Shown one piece after another: positions 62,401 to 64,000 of a stretch of DNA of 64,000 nucleotides. The stretch is from Camelus dromedarius (taxonomy: Eukaryota). Below the pieces are notes generated by a model that saw nothing but the letters and a program-made list of their open reading frames with translations, did no database searches and was not told the origin of the DNA. The position numbers were made by a program, and so were the translations under genes. The first letter of the stretch is position 1; each line of letters opens with the position of its first letter. The stretch is taken from contig NC_087436.1 of assembly GCF_036321535.1 (NCBI RefSeq), forward strand, positions 14,136,001 to 14,200,000. The letters are read 5' to 3'.

Positions 62401-62757
62401 CCCTTTGAATTACACCCCACACACAACTCAGAAAATGGGGGTCTTTAAAACAGGAGCAATGTGACAGCTAACTGGCTTCTCTGAAAGACCTGTGAGCCTT
62501 CCACTGCCTTTGCATTCTCTAATTGCCTCTGATTTTTAAGTTAGAAATGAAGATATAAAGGAAACCACATTTAGCCTCCTCCCTCTCATGGCAGGAAGCC
62601 GGCAGCCTCCCTCATGCCTGACTTCCACTTATAATTGGAAATTGAGGGCTCTGTTAGGACTGGGTACCAGGAGGAGGCATGAAAGCACCCAAGCAGGAAT
62701 AAGGTTTCTAGAGCAACTCAGTTCATTAAACCCTACCCATCCTAATAAAAGACTCTG

Positions 62758-62815
62758 AGTACACCTGAAACAAGCACAATATTGTAAATCAACTATACTT
62801 CAATTAAGAAAAAAT
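62758..62815 (+). mobile_element. Very short L1 3'-terminal fragment (same family as 14998-15250)
   Basis: tacacctgaaac...attgtaaatcaactatacttcaattaagaaaaaa matches the end of the copy at 15195-15245. Confidence 0.75.
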
Positions 62816-63669
62816 GTTTGGAACACCCATTCTTCACATAAAAGATTAAAGAGTGTTCTGTATATAGGATCCAGGGTAAATTATGATCTAATGTACCTTT
62901 CCCTCAACTCTTTAAGACCCTTTACTGACATTAATACACACCATTAATTAATCTGGGCTTTGGTAACTTACAATTAATTTGCAAACAGAAAACCCGAGGT
63001 GGAGAGAGCAGCTCAGGTTATTAGATGTACCCGGAATATCCAGTTACCCACTAAGATCCTCAATCTGACATTGTGCGTTTATCAGTGATGGGAAAGAAAA
63101 AGCAGAAATATATTTCTCTTGTTGTTATTAATGACACTAAAGGCAAGATCCATAAATTATGTCTGGGAAGAGGAGCAGGGAGGGAAGAACCAGCAGTACG
63201 TGTAAAAGGGTCACTTATGCATTTTACTTTATAAGATTCTGCATTATTCAAATGTTTACAAGCCTATGTACGAGCCTATGTGTTCACGTAACTTCTTACT
63301 GAATTTTTCCACAGGTCACTTCTTCATAAATAGACAGTATCACATTTCTGGAAGCTTTTACAGAACTGTTTTTCTATTTTTCATTCTGTCATACTACTAA
63401 TCATTCAGAAACTCAGTTAAATCAGCCCCCCACCAAAATCCATAACTCTATTTATTTATATTGTGGTACTCTATTGTTATCACAGCATTCTCCACCTTTT
63501 AGTCAATTATATAGACAACATTTATTAAAAGTTTACCTACCTCTCCAGTTTTTAGAGCATCTTTATTCCAAAGTGGTTGCTTTTTCTTTTCTTTTCTTAA
63601 AGTTTACATGTTATGAAACAAGCCTGGGTACACCCTAGGCAAAGATCATCCTTAGATGACAGAAAAGGG

Positions 63670-63895
63670 AACTAAAATTTATTGAGCTCCCATGTGCCAA
63701 GTACCAGGTTGGATGCATGACTAGGGTTTAATCACCTCGACAATCCAATGAGGTAAGCATCATTAGCCTCACTTTACAGGTGAGGAAATTAAAGTTCACA
63801 GGACTTAAGAATCTTGCCCAACTTTCTCAAGTAAGGGAAGAGCTCCACTTTAAACCTAGGTTCTCTAATTCCATAACCCATACTCTTTCTACTGG
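63670..63895. mobile_element. MIR SINE
   Basis: tttattgagctcccatgtgccaagtac...tttaatc...atgaggtaag...ctttacaggtgaggaaattaaag...cttgcccaa. Confidence 0.8.
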
Positions 63896-64000
63896 GTAAC
63901 TGTTTGCTGTTATGAGAGAAAACTCTGGCTCTGAATAGGAGAGTGCCCTTCCCATGTGAGTTCTGGCATTCCTAAAACTATTAAACTTTCATCATCACTC

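Noticed and set aside
58543..64000. Further upstream FHDC1 coding exons
   Set aside because: I found no FH1/FH2-like exon with compatible phase; the next exon is presumably beyond the window end
1..64000. CRISPR arrays, operons or other prokaryote-type systems
   Set aside because: The sequence is mammalian, intron-containing and repeat-rich; no regularly spaced repeat-spacer arrays were seen

Overview
Mammalian genomic DNA, probably camelid, judged from seven copies of a tRNA-derived SINE (Vic-1-like) and artiodactyl/camelid-type L1 3' ends; the taxon is inferred, not proven. The one well-supported gene is the 3' part of FHDC1 (INF1, FH2-domain inverted formin) on the minus strand. Eight coding exons lie between 58542 and 43896, all GT-AG and phase-compatible, totalling 2727 nt (908 aa plus stop). 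A ~2.25 kb 3'UTR ends at an AATAAA at 41657-41662, and the upstream exons lie beyond the right edge. The left ~41 kb is intergenic: a decayed L1 (1-4830), MLT1 LTRs, MER/Tigger DNA transposons, MIR/L2 relics, microsatellites and several small CpG-rich patches. I found no convincing novel protein-coding system. The best leads are non-coding: a 47-nt orphan exon with near-perfect splice signals, a promoter-like element with a strong splice donor at ~29.1 kb, an orphan CpG island at ~10.3 kb, a TSD-flanked non-L1 insert inside the L1, a CREB3/UPRE/GASE motif cluster in an FHDC1 intron, and a (GT)7 splice donor. Repeat family names are recognised from memory and need RepeatMasker/Dfam confirmation.
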